Of a DNA stretch of 64,000 nucleotides, positions 24,045 to 36,479 are shown piece by piece; positions within the stretch are counted from its first letter, which is position 1; each line of letters begins with the position of its first letter. The notes under the pieces are model-generated. The model saw only the letters and a program-made list of their open reading frames with translations. It did no database searches and was not told the DNA's origin. The stretch covers positions 70,866,001 to 70,930,000 of the forward strand of contig OZ286465.1 in assembly GCA_965644265.1 (NCBI GenBank), written 5' to 3'. A program made the position numbers and the translations under genes. This DNA is from Glycera tridactyla. Its lineage: Eukaryota.

Positions 24045-24765
24045 CAGTCCAACCTGGTCTAACGACCACCTCTATATAACGGATCCCTGTCTATAACGAC
24101 CACTATCGGTAACGACCGTCGTATTTTCTCTTTATTTCACCTGTATATAGCGACCACCTGTCCAACGCGACCACCGACCGCCATTTTGATGCCTGGTAAT
24201 CGAAAGTACCAGCGTATAATGACCGTCTTTCATCCACGTGAGCTGACATTCGGTGACAGTGAGTCAACGCCGAAAAATCATGTATTTCGCGATAAGACAA
24301 AAGGCTGGCAAGTTTAAAAGTAATTTGGGCGCCATTGTTGTGGCTAGTCACGAGTCTGAAGACCCGGATGCACAACAAAACACGGAACGAAAATACCTAA
24401 TTTGCATATGGCCTTGACCTCATCACCTGCTCAAGATGGCGGAACTTTCTCGAATTGTTGTTTCCATTCAATGTTTTCATCACGTTTATGGCGAAATCGT
24501 CAGGATTTTCTCAAAAACGATCATCAATCATGCAAGTAGAGTCGCCATTTGTGTGTTTATTACTATTTATTGGCATCCAGGTGTATTCTGGTCGTTTTCA
24601 AGCGGGATCGGGGTTCGAGAAGGACATAGTTGTCAGCGGCATGTCAGGAATCTGAAGTTCTGGTTCTGGTTCTGGTATGATTCTGATCTGCATATAACAA
24701 CCACCTCCCCATAACGACCATTTTATGACCTGACCGTCCGTGGTCGCTATAGACAGGTTTGACTG
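24045..24765. mobile_element. 721-bp TA-flanked TIR element with a CpG-rich interior
   Basis: TA-CAGTCCAACCTGGTCTAACGACC ... GGTCGCTATAGACAGGTTTGACTG-TA; CGACC subterminal repeats as in 4044-5278. Confidence 0.85.
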
Positions 24766-25242
24766 TACTATCATTGCTTTTGGATAACACATCCATGTTG
24801 GTTGCTTGGATTGTTGGTTTATTCTATGTCACATGAACACCGCATGGGTTATATTGAGACACCCATGCAATGGGCATTGGTGGTATCATTCAAGACTACT
24901 CATAGAGGGTTCCAAAGGTAGGAGAAATGATATGAGAATCACAGGTCTCTGGATAGAGCTGATCTAATGAACTCGACATCAGAGTTCAGTGCAAGAACCA
25001 TCCTATTGAATATGGTGATTTATAGAGTGACCAGGTCCCTATATCAGATTAGTAAGTCACATTGCTGATAACAGGTAAATGAGATCATGAATTATGTGCT
25101 GATGTTGGTGGTGGACATCGACAATATTACCAGCTTCCACCATCCATTGTGCCCTGAAAGCATGTACACATTTACTCATAGGATCTATGGCTCTATAAAT
25201 ACTGCAGCCAGTCCTATGTTCCTGCAACCATGTACATGTAGC

Positions 25243-25752
25243 NNNNNNNNNNNNNNNNNNNNNNNNNNNNNNNNNNNNNNNNNNNNNNNNNNNNNNNNNN
25301 NNNNNNNNNNNNNNNNNNNNNNNNNNNNNNNNNNNNNNNNNNNNNNNNNNNNNNNNNNNNNNNNNNNNNNNNNNNNNNNNNNNNNNNNNNNNNNNNNNNN
25401 NNNNNNNNNNNNNNNNNNNNNNNNNNNNNNNNNNNNNNNNNNNNNNNNNNNNNNNNNNNNNNNNNNNNNNNNNNNNNNNNNNNNNNNNNNNNNNNNNNNN
25501 NNNNNNNNNNNNNNNNNNNNNNNNNNNNNNNNNNNNNNNNNNNNNNNNNNNNNNNNNNNNNNNNNNNNNNNNNNNNNNNNNNNNNNNNNNNNNNNNNNNN
25601 NNNNNNNNNNNNNNNNNNNNNNNNNNNNNNNNNNNNNNNNNNNNNNNNNNNNNNNNNNNNNNNNNNNNNNNNNNNNNNNNNNNNNNNNNNNNNNNNNNNN
25701 NNNNNNNNNNNNNNNNNNNNNNNNNNNNNNNNNNNNNNNNNNNNNNNNNNNN
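25243..25752. other. Assembly gap (N-run)
   Basis: Run of N. Confidence 1.
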
Positions 25753-25825
25753 GCTACATATAGAGCAGATGAAGTGATGATGGGGTGGCTGAATACTGGT
25801 TGAATACTGGGCGGGAAAAGAAATA

Positions 25826-26001
25826 CAGTCGAACCTGGTCCAGAGACCACCTGCCATCAAGGCCACCTGCTTACAATTGCTAGCACAAGCTGAGACTGCA
25901 GAGCCTTTTCTACAGTAAGTCACCTGTCTACAAAGGCAAGCTGTGTATGAAGGCCGATTTTCAATGTGATCAAAGGTGGCTTCTGTAGACAGGTTCAACC
26001 A
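25826..26001. mobile_element. A2-type MITE, diverged
   Basis: TA-CAGTCGAACCTG ... GACAGGTTCAACCA-TA. Confidence 0.7.
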
Positions 26002-27933
26002 TACAGTGCTAATCTGTAGACCTATCAAGCAATAATCACATTTCTCTAGACAGTCACTATTTGTTCTAACAGTGCTGGTTTCATTAGCTACACACTCTAA
26101 ACTATTGATTCAAACCAATGACAGAATCCTCCTCTTTGTCCATGTGCGGCAATTATCATCACTTGATTCACAACTTTCTTACTAAAAAATCTCAGCGAAT
26201 TACCTACAAATAATGTTTATCTAAGACGCAAACATGTCTTCGAGATGGATTAAAATCTCTGACAGACTGATTTTCTGATTTTGCAGTGCAGATTTTCTCT
26301 GACCTGACTTTACAAAAGAACAAACACAATTGCGAATACATGGCAATTTCTTCACAAAAAACAAAGATAAACAACTTTGTCCATCACCACTTACCACTCA
26401 GATACCAAACTGATTCTCATTGATGAAAAAGAATTTGATCAGACTTACATTTTTGCCACTCAACTCCATCAATACAGTTAACTTCATTGTATGACATCTA
26501 TCACAAATTAATATGATGGGTTTATTTTTTAAATGGGGTCATTATGCATGAATTCAAGTAGCTGAGCCCATTTTCAAGGAGTGTTTCACCACATTCAGTG
26601 AGTTTTCAAGGACCTATCTGCAAATTTGCAAATCCAAGTGGTTTTCAAGGAGTCTATCCAAATTCAAAGAGTTCTCAAGTCCCATGCAAACCCTGTCGTC
26701 ATCAGCAGCATTGATCTCAAAGATAATATACTTTTTGTGGCCAACTTTGATGTTATGCTAAGTTTCCTTGTCTGTGTTCAAGGTCTATGGAGTTGTGCAT
26801 GCAGGAGAGAGCTCTCAGAGAGCTGGAATCCTTCATAAATAATCCCTTGATTTGAAACCCATTGCCATTTTTATCATCATCATCGTTGTCTTTGCGGTCA
26901 TCACTGCTGATTTTGCCATCATCATATATAATAGGGCTCTATATTTCTACCAGATTTAAACAATTCAAATTTTCGGGGGAAAAAATCACCATTGATTGGC
27001 TACCAGAATTTAGATTTGGCTCCTGAGATTTCTCTGACTTGTATCAATTCAACCGAGAAATTGATGACCATCATGAAAATACTTAGCAATAGGCCCAATT
27101 TTATTGGGGGGGGGGGGGGGGGGGAGACAACATATGAAGTGCTTCAACTCAGCAGGCAAGAAACAGGCAGTGAATGACCAAAGATAAAACTCACTCATAA
27201 GACTTCTTTTGAGCCAGTAGTCCTACAGTTGACAAACTAGATCATACGAGAATGTGGGCACGCTGGGGTTCCTTAAAGGTCAGGTGAGGTATAGATTACA
27301 AGTGGAGAAGCATGGTCAAGTTTCACGACAAACATCTCTTTGACCTACGGTGACAGCAGCATCGCTGTGAAACCTACTTCACAATGACCTTGAATCGAGC
27401 CACCAGGGGATCTCCTATGTCCGCCATCACCCATTATAACACAAGCCACGGATGGAGTTTTCCACTTTCACTGCATATCATAATCTACTCTAGTAGCCCA
27501 AAGACAGAATCACCATCTGAATCCTGTCCTTCGGCAATATCATAAATTTTCCTTGATTACTGGCTTGATATTTCAATGCTGTATTCACATTCTCAGTCAT
27601 AGTAGCACAAAATATGATGGAAGATGGGGCAGTGCATTCACTATATCATCATACCTGGACAGCGGAGTGGAAATTATCCGACAGGCTCTTGCCATATTGA
27701 ATATGTCACTCATGTCACTTCCAATATTGCAGGGAAAGTACACGCCCAGCCCTCGCTGCATACAGGCTTCACCGATCATCCCTCTGACAGTATGAATAAT
27801 GAACATCTTTCTTCTCATCAACAAAATACAACAAAAATCATCACCAATATTCAAATAAAAATGATAATTCATAAGCTATGTTTTAATCAGAAGCTGTCCT
27901 TGTGGAAGATGTAATCTTTTGTGTGATACAATA

Positions 27934-28101
27934 AAGTCAAATCTGATCGAAAGACTGCGTGTCTATGAAGACCACCTGCCTATAAAGGCCACCCTGAGCT
28001 GCAACCGTGATAGTATTATTTACAACAGTGAATTACCTCTCTATAAAGACCACTGGCCATTTTTTGTAACCGAAGGTGGCTTTCATCGACAGATTCGACT
28101 G
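27934..28101. mobile_element. A2-type MITE, diverged
   Basis: AAGTCAAATCTG ... AAAGACCAC repeats ... GACAGATTCGACTG. Confidence 0.7.
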
Positions 28102-28242
28102 TGCGTCCAAAGCCAGAGCAAATATCTATGTTAATTTTAATGCGGGGGAATTATATTTCAAAACATGGAAGATAACAAATGCAGCATAAGGTGTATGAGC
28201 AGGCACGCATTTATTTTGCAATCAAGTATCTCACCACACCAG

Positions 28243-28612
28243 TAGGCCTTGAACGATTTACCACGAATACGAATCGATACGTATCGCGATACGCTGCTCA
28301 CGATACGATATCTCCATGATATATCTCAATTATTTTGCGAAAACATCAAGGAATTAGCGTCTCTTTCCTGGCGCCCCACACTCACAATAATGGACAGGAA
28401 CTTGCCAAAAAATTCCCCCATGCAGATTGAAGGATGCCGAAGAACCTGATCACCTCGGATTCCTGATAAGTCACATTTAAATGATATTTGCCTGCGGCCA
28501 AACATTTATCAATCTGATGATATATCGTGGAATTTTTCGCGTGTATCGTGACCGGGCCGATACGGAAAAAATAATCGATCCGTGAGTGTATCGGCGAATC
28601 GTTCAAGGCCTA
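28243..28612. mobile_element. hAT-type MITE, 370 bp, perfect 8-bp TSD
   Basis: TIRs TAGGCCTTGAACGATT / AATCGTTCAAGGCCTA; CACACCAG at 28235-28242 and 28613-28620; subterminal CGATAC repeats. Confidence 0.95.
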
Positions 28613-28904
28613 CACACCAGACACAGAAACCGGCAGAAGAAGTGATATTCTGATTCAGGTGCAGATGACAGCTACATCAGAGGCTATCTCGATACAGGGG
28701 GATCGATACTCACTAAGGAAAAAGCAAAACTAATCTGCACATGCATATTGCAAACTTGATTTTATCTAACTGTGCAATGCTTCAGATCCATCAAAGCAAT
28801 GCTACCAGACATCTACAATAATCTCATACCCAAGAATTATCCCTCACATGTGCTAGTATGGTAATCGAAGGGGCTCAAAGGCATCCCTCTGCCTGGTAAG
28901 CATA

Positions 28905-28955
28905 GTAGTCGTTGCCACGGACTGACGTAACCAATCAGATGTGGACTATAAGCCG
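28905..28955. promoter_or_regulatory. Compact cluster of RFX-like, CRE-like, CCAAT and TATA-like motifs
   Basis: GTTGCCACGG (28911), TGACGTAA (28923), CCAATCA (28931), TATAAG (~28947). Confidence 0.25.
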
Positions 28956-29263
28956 TATGAAACCCCGTGATCCGGCCGAGATCCATCATGGCATGCGTTA
29001 CTACACGCATCTCAATCTAATGTTGTAAGATACCACATCTCCCACTCAGATTCATGTTCATCCCCCACATCCATCATTGCTTCGCCTTCAACAAATCCCT
29101 GCCTGTGATCCATGTACAAGGCATACATGTTCCTCTATCAAGATTCTGGTAGTCTCTCATCACATTCATAAATGTCCCATAGACATGATATGGATTGTGA
29201 CAAATTGTCTTTTTGGTCCGATGAGCTATCAACCGATGCGCCAAATTGGTACAATTAGAGCTA

Positions 29264-30379
29264 CAGTTGAACTTGTTTATTGAGACCTTTTTAGTTTGCA
29301 AGAGAATATAGCCTATGTAGATAGGTTGTTTACAGTATGAAATACTACCCCAGTCACTGCTTGGGATGGTCTTTATAGACAACTGGCAATAGTAAAGGTT
29401 TTTCAATGTATGAAATACTACTGCGGTCACGGCTTGGAGTGGTCTTTGTAGACAGCTGGCAATAGTAAAGGTTTTTCAATGTATAAAATACTACTGCGGT
29501 CACGGATTGGGGTGGTCTTCTTAGACAGCTGGCAATAGTAAAGGTTTTTCAATGTATGAAATACTACTGCCGTCACGGCTTGGGGTGGTCTTTGTAGGCA
29601 GCTGGCAATAGTAAAGGTTTTTCACTGTATAAAATACTACTGTGGTCACGGCTTGGGGTGGTCTTCATAGACAGCTGGCAATAGTAAAGGTTTTTCAATG
29701 TATAAAATACTACTGCGGTCACGGCTTGGAGTGGTCTTTGTAGACAGCTGGCAATAGTAAAGGTTTTTTACTGTATGAAATACTACTGCGGTTACTACTT
29801 GGGGTGGTCTTCGTAGACAGCTGGCAATAGTAAAGGTTTTTCAATGTATGAAATACTACTGCCGTCACGGCTTGGGGTGGTCTTTGTAGGCAGCTGGCAA
29901 TAGTAAAGGTTTTTCACTGTATAAAATACTACTGCGGTCACGGCTTGGGGTGGTCTTCATAGACAGCTGGCAATAGTAAAGGTTTTTCAATGTATGAAAT
30001 ACTACTGCGGTCACGGCTTGGAGTGGTCTTTGTAGACAGCTGGCAATAGTAAAGGCTTTTCACTGTATGAAATACTACTGCGGTTACTACTTGGGGTGGT
30101 CTTCGTAGACAGCTGGCAATAGTAAAGGTTTTTCAATGTATGGAATACAACTGCGGTCACTGCTTGGGGTGGTCTTTGTAGACAGCTGGCAACAGTAAAG
30201 GTTTTTCAATGTATGAAATGCTACTGCGGTCACTGCTTGGGGTGGTCTTCATAGACAGGTGGCAATAGTACAGGTTTTTCACTGTACATGTATAAAATAC
30301 TAATGCTGTCACTGCTTGGGGTGGTGTTTGAAAGCAGTTAGGCCTTGAACAGAGGTAGTCCCTTGAGCAAGCTCAATTG
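29264..30379. mobile_element. A2 MITE expanded by an internal 73-bp satellite
   Basis: Decayed TIRs TA-CAGTTGAACTTG and CAAGCTCAATTG-TA enclose the array; the unit matches the A2 internal sequence. Confidence 0.75.
29335..30336. repeat. 73-bp tandem array, ~14 units
   Basis: GTAT(G/A)AAATACTACTG recurs at 29335, 29408, 29481 and onward. Confidence 0.95.
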
Positions 30380-31979
30380 TACTTCATTTTGGTACTAATT
30401 ACGACTAATCTTTACCAATAGGTAAAGCAAAATCAATTCTGGGAGATAGAGAGGCAGTTGGTTGAGACCATAATTTGTCCCGATGGCTTGAACAAGTGCG
30501 GGACAACTGTCCCATTTATCTCACTACTCCGGCAGGTCTGGACTTCACCTCAAATGGAGACCAAAGCACTCATGTGACTAACATGGGAAGAAAATCAATG
30601 TTACCATTAGGACAGGTGATTAAGTCGATACCTTCCATTCGTTGGGCTTATTTTCAGCTCACACTGACATATTTAGTAGGGATTCAATGTTAGTGCTAAT
30701 AGTGCCATGTATACAAAAGCTCAAAGGAGCAACAGAGAATATGATGAAAATAGGCTCATGATGTGTCATGTTCCTGACCTTGGTCAACAAGATTTTTCAG
30801 TATATTGACAAAGCGGTCTCAATTATGTCGATCAGCAATTTTGAATGAATGCAATTAAATGATAGCCAAAATATGCTCAAGGCAAGTAAACTATCAGATT
30901 TGGTGGAGTGGATGCAGGAAGGTGTGTAAAACCAGCCAAACTTCGTAAAGATTAGAAATGGCAGAATTATTCTGCGATATGAAGGAATATCTCGCTGTGA
31001 GTTGCCAATAAGTGGTCAGAAGCGATGATTGGTTGCTACGGAGCATTCAACCAATCAATTGATACAAATGGAACCTGTGTAATAGCTTGACTTTTTCCGG
31101 ACAGTAAGCACTCAGGAGATAAAGGAAATCTGATTTCTTCCCCAACTGACAACAAAAATTCTAAATAAATCCTAGCAGATACGCCATTCTAACACAGATA
31201 CAAGCCTTCTTGGATAGCACCCTAAACATCAGCAAAAGGGGGACTTGCAAAAGAGGTGGTCTCTTATTGGAGGTATATTTGACAATGTTAAATAGGAAAG
31301 CTGTCCTGCGGAAGCGTTCTCCCTTCTGAAGTGGTCTCTTATCAGAGGGTCTCTCTTATCCAGATTACATGGGATTTCCAGCATTTCAAAATTTCCATGT
31401 GCTTCCAGTCTGAGTTGCTACCCTGAACATATGACTCAGATATGACTGTACGAAATCAATATGCTGAAAGAATCATGTTATGCCATCAGTAGACTGGAAG
31501 GCAAGTAGAGTTTTGGTGATGTGCTCTAAAAGAAGTAAATAATGTATAGTTGGTGAAACCCCTATCATCGAAACAAATTTCATCAATTCCCGAGCAGCAC
31601 TCTGGGAATTTGTTTTTATTGATTTTCTCAATGGCAGAAAAGCAATAGTAGTTAAATTATGCTTCATCTTCAAACTCATGAATTGTCCCGACAAACTCCA
31701 AGATTTGATTATCCACTGCAATACATAAATGATGACAGTGGCCTAACATAAATCAGGCATTATTCAATGGCATGATGCAATGACCAATTACCATGCAGAC
31801 TTAACACCATGCTTCTATTGTGGTGCCAATATTACAACATAGTAAGCATAGGAAGTACATGTACATGTAGCAGAATAGCATCAAAGAGATATTTATAACT
31901 TCCGGGTTGCATCCAGGAATTCCAAAATCAGGAGGCACTTGTCCCTTTGATTGAAAAAAGGGGGCATTTTTTCACAATA

Positions 31980-32155
31980 CAGTGAAACCTGCTTGAGAGT
32001 AAACCCGCACTAGGCAAAATCCTGTCTTAAGCACATACCCCACGGTCTGCCCGGATGTTTTTTCTCACTATAATTGTCCTGCGCTAAGCAAAATCCTGTC
32101 TTAAGTGAAAGCAAAATTTGGTCCCGTGCTTTTTCATTTAAGACAGGTTTTACTG
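31980..32155. mobile_element. Palindromic MITE, subfamily A3 (AAATCCTGTC / GGTCCCGTG interior)
   Basis: TA-CAGTGAAACCTG ... GACAGGTTTTACTG-TA. Confidence 0.85.
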
Positions 32156-32796
32156 TATTTCCCAAAATTGGCTCACTCCATAGAGGAGAGTACAAACCCC
32201 TTGTTGATTTGGGGGGCATTGGGGCCCCTGAATGCCCTGAACAAGAACCCCTTTATAATCTCCAAGTTTTTCGAATCCCAACAGATGTCAATTTCACTAT
32301 AGAATGATCAAAGACCATCAAACAGGATATGCATCGAATAATCTGCTACTAGGCCCAATCTCCACTAATTAGAGTCTGACTTTCATGATCTAGAAAACAC
32401 AATGATGAACACACATTATCCTTTCCTATCATGTATCATGTCCTGAAAAACACAGGAATCAGTTGCAGGAGAATCCCATCCCTACTGAATGCTATATCTG
32501 GGTATAGCATACATGGATAGTGCAATATTTCTCATTTTTTTCACAGAATACTGGTTACTAAAAGTAGTCTTGGAAGACATGAATTCTACAAAAACTTTGA
32601 GATGTTGACAACTCAGCTGTCAAAATGAGCCAAAGAATAGCAATTGTCCATAGATTGGCTCATAACCATCATGAGTCACAAGAGAAACTGGAAGTGACTG
32701 TAGGAGTTTCCTGTGGGAAGCAGTCAGCTGGAGAGCTTTCCCATAAGTCTGCCTTACATCGGCAGGTGATCTGTATGTTCATTCTGTGCTTATGTG

Positions 32797-32858
32797 GTTG
32801 ATTGATTGATTGTTTGAGGTTTAACGGCATGTATCAACCCAAAGGATTATTTATGCCG
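32797..32858 (-). mobile_element. SINE 3' tail fragment
   Basis: (GATT/GTTT)n-GAGGTTTAACG...AACCC, the same tail pattern as at 34465, 49931 and 56022. Confidence 0.5.
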
Positions 32859-33479
32859 TGTGTTCCTGCTTAATGAAAGCTAGATGTTCTCTCCCCTGCA
32901 GACATCACTCTCACAAACCCTGAACACAAGATGATGGGGAACCTGAAAGGTTGTCAAGTGGAAGTAGCTGACAGTTCAAACACACCTCTACCTAATCTAA
33001 ACATATACAAATAAACCTAGGATGGCATATCTAACTATATAGCTGGCTGGAAGCTAACACCCAAGCCTGATAGCAATGCATTTTTTTTTTCGCAAAGCGC
33101 AGCACTTGACACATAGAAAAGCATTAGGTTAGGAGAATACTCAACCAAGTGTTCAATTCCAAACTGCCAACTTCAAACCAGCTTTACAATATTTTTTTGC
33201 CCTATACTCGCAGTACGATGCCATCACACATCCTAGCAACCTAGTCGTCAGCCCTAGTAACCCAGAACTGGTGTGCTTGGTACCCGCTTTTTGCATAGTG
33301 ACAATATCTGCAACAGGCAAACCGTTAGCTACCTACACCGGAGACCATTTCGCTGAAGAAATAAGAAGGAGCATAGAGTGATAGAAAAGAGGTGAAGAGA
33401 AAGAAACCATGGTGATAGTATAATTTTGGTAAAAATTGCCTAAAGACAGATGACAGAAAATTTGAAGGTATGTTTTCAT

Positions 33480-33790
33480 TCAACCCCCACACCGAAAGAC
33501 TATTGAGAAAAAGAGAAGGGATGATGCTACATCTAGGCCACATCATCCCCGATGGCAACACTTCAAAGAAAATGACCCGCGCCCATCGGTGGCTGCCTTC
33601 TATAGAAACCCTGGACTCCCACCCTACCCACGTGCTTATGTGGCAGCAACTGCTCTCAAACATGGATGTTCATAGATGTTATGATAGCTGCCTACTACAA
33701 CTGGACCTGAGTCCGGACAATATTGGTGAGATGATTCAATCAAGAAAGGGATCCAACAGATCAAAGTGAGATTCTAATAATCGATAATCT
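33480..33790 (+). pseudogene. Possible decayed RTE-type LINE ORF2 C-terminus
   Basis: LGHII...KK...RWLPS...LMWQQLL...LDLSPDNIGEMIQSRKG resembles the RTE tail W.GH..R...K..L.W.P...GRP..TW...DL..LGL......AQDR..W. Confidence 0.3.
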
Positions 33791-33828
33791 CTGGCTAGAA
33801 TTAATTAGCAAAGTCTGACTAAGTCATA

Positions 33829-34004
33829 CAGTAAAACCTGCTATAGTGAAATCCTGTCCACAGTGAAATCCTATCAACAGTGAAGAGAAAAATCTGGCCT
33901 GAACATTTTTTTTTCACTATAATCGACCTGTATATAGTGAAATCCTGTCTACAGTGAAAAGAAAAATCTGGCCCGTGACTTTTCACTATAGACAGGTTTT
34001 ACTG
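33829..34004. mobile_element. A3 MITE
   Basis: TA-CAGTAAAACCTG ... GACAGGTTTTACTG-TA; internal AGTGAAATCCTGTC repeats. Confidence 0.9.
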
Positions 34005-34211
34005 TATCTTTGAATATATTTGTCTTTCACTCTCCTGCATTTTGGGAATCTTTTTCAGGTATGGACTCAGGTCTACCCACTTCTAAAGTCATGTCAGCTG
34101 GATCTGTCTTCTTCGAATACTGACTGAGCATCGATTATGATTGATTATTTGATCAACGTAAATCTCAATCGATTGATTCCTAAAGGGCTACTGATTCCTA
34201 ACACTATCCAA

Positions 34212-34420
34212 GGGCTCTATGTTGCTACCTGTGGGTAGCCAATGGCTATCAATTTCACCCTATGGCTACCATATTTCAAGTCAGGAGCCAGCCACCCTAA
34301 AATTTCGAGAGATTGTAATTAGCAATGTATTGACTGGCTACCAGAATATTGCACCAGCTACCAAAAATTCCAACTCAGCAGCCAGCCGGCTCCTAAATAT
34401 TTTGGCCAACGTAGAGCCCT
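34212..34420. mobile_element. hAT-like MITE with AGGGCTCTA(C/T)GTTG TIRs
   Basis: AGGGCTCTATGTTG ... CAACGTAGAGCCCT (13/14 match); no TSD found. Fragments also occur at ~508, ~26935, ~36789, ~39881-40015 and inside the 425-bp array. Confidence 0.75.
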
Positions 34421-34464
34421 ACATCGTGATTACCTGATATTTCACAAGTCATATAATACTGGGA

Positions 34465-34530
34465 GTTTGTTTGTTTGTTTGTTTGTTTGAGTTTAACGTC
34501 ACGTCAACCCCCTTGGGTTATATCGAGCCA
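34465..34530 (-). mobile_element. SINE 3' tail fragment with (TTTG)n
   Basis: (GTTT)6-GAGTTTAACGTCACGTCAACCCCCTTGGGTTATATC. Confidence 0.6.
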
Positions 34531-35206
34531 TTTACAAGCATAATGAGGTCATAGATGAGAGGTGGTCTGCTAGTATGGGATACAGTGAGAATACATGGGG
34601 TTCAAGTCTCCACGCCCACCATGCTGAATGCATCACAGAAAACATCGATGAAGCAAGTCCTTGAGTAAATACCTTAACTCTCGATGAGTTAAAAATAATG
34701 GATATATATTACAGTGATTTCAACTTAATTGGCTCATTCTCTCTTCTGGGTGACCAAAGTAATCACAATGAATTGATCACAAATTGCTGGAAATCTGTAT
34801 TAAAAATGGCTCCTCGGTGAAATACTAGTGTAATTTTCTGATATATTTCCACCATAAAAATGCAAATAGGGCATTGCTGATTCTCAACCAAACAAAAATG
34901 CCTCTGAAAATATGGCACATGTACATCCACCAATGTACATCCGATCCCATCCTTTTAATATTTCAAATGCCCCGAGCTGACCTTGAGTGGACATCTTGTC
35001 AAGACAGGACATAAATTGATCCATTTATTGCTGGGAAAATGACAGCTTACGTTCATTTTTAGTGAGCTTTACCTCCCACACAGCACTCAACATCAAAGTT
35101 TGTACCATCCACGTAATCTCAACACAACTACTAATTGTCTCCACTGGCAAAATCATCAAAGTCTGGATCATTGCATGTATGTCCACTATGTCATTGAAAA
35201 ATGAAA

Positions 35207-35963
35207 NNNNNNNNNNNNNNNNNNNNNNNNNNNNNNNNNNNNNNNNNNNNNNNNNNNNNNNNNNNNNNNNNNNNNNNNNNNNNNNNNNNNNNNNNNNNNN
35301 NNNNNNNNNNNNNNNNNNNNNNNNNNNNNNNNNNNNNNNNNNNNNNNNNNNNNNNNNNNNNNNNNNNNNNNNNNNNNNNNNNNNNNNNNNNNNNNNNNNN
35401 NNNNNNNNNNNNNNNNNNNNNNNNNNNNNNNNNNNNNNNNNNNNNNNNNNNNNNNNNNNNNNNNNNNNNNNNNNNNNNNNNNNNNNNNNNNNNNNNNNNN
35501 NNNNNNNNNNNNNNNNNNNNNNNNNNNNNNNNNNNNNNNNNNNNNNNNNNNNNNNNNNNNNNNNNNNNNNNNNNNNNNNNNNNNNNNNNNNNNNNNNNNN
35601 NNNNNNNNNNNNNNNNNNNNNNNNNNNNNNNNNNNNNNNNNNNNNNNNNNNNNNNNNNNNNNNNNNNNNNNNNNNNNNNNNNNNNNNNNNNNNNNNNNNN
35701 NNNNNNNNNNNNNNNNNNNNNNNNNNNNNNNNNNNNNNNNNNNNNNNNNNNNNNNNNNNNNNNNNNNNNNNNNNNNNNNNNNNNNNNNNNNNNNNNNNNN
35801 NNNNNNNNNNNNNNNNNNNNNNNNNNNNNNNNNNNNNNNNNNNNNNNNNNNNNNNNNNNNNNNNNNNNNNNNNNNNNNNNNNNNNNNNNNNNNNNNNNNN
35901 NNNNNNNNNNNNNNNNNNNNNNNNNNNNNNNNNNNNNNNNNNNNNNNNNNNNNNNNNNNNNNN
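35207..35963. other. Assembly gap (N-run)
   Basis: Run of N. Confidence 1.
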
Positions 35964-36226
35964 TATCGTTTGCCACTGGAGATTTAGAAAAGGTTTTCTT
36001 ATTGATCAAATCATACTCAGTAAGTTTGGCTATTCCCATGGAACACAAAATTCATGGCACATGAAGAAAGTTCATGGCTCATGGCACATCTCTGGAATGT
36101 GCGTAATATCACATGAAAGTTTCTCTCTGAATCCCTCTTTGTGGAAAATACCAAATTTCAAACAATTTGAGATGCTCACTCATTGCAGGTTCCACCATAC
36201 AAGGAGTACATAGTGCAAATGATATA

Positions 36227-36402
36227 CAGTCAAACCTCTCTATAAAGACCGCCTTCGGTCGCATAAAAGTGGCCTTTATAGGGAGGTGGTCTTTATAGAG
36301 AGGTCGTTTACTGTTAAAAATACTACCACGGTCGCAGCCCAGGGTGGTCTTTATAGGGAGGTGGTCTTTATAGAGAGGTGGTCTTTAGAGGAGGTTCGAC
36401 TG
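36227..36402. mobile_element. A2 MITE, well preserved
   Basis: TA-CAGTCAAACCTCTCTATAAAGACC ... GAGGTTCGACTG-TA. Confidence 0.9.
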
Positions 36403-36409
36403 TACACTA

Positions 36410-36479
36410 CAATGAAACCTGTGACCACAGACTGCCCTAAATGTCACCAAGAAGCAGTCTCTTGTTGCAGGTTTCACTG
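36410..36479. mobile_element. Internally deleted A1 MITE adjacent to the previous copy
   Basis: TA-CAATGAAACCTGTGACC ... TTGCAGGTTTCACTG; only ~70 bp. Confidence 0.65.

Noticed and set aside
27380-27800. Possible Penelope RT remnant (TRGSPMSAI..., TDHPS)
   Set aside because: Only faint motif echoes; an HMM search would be needed.
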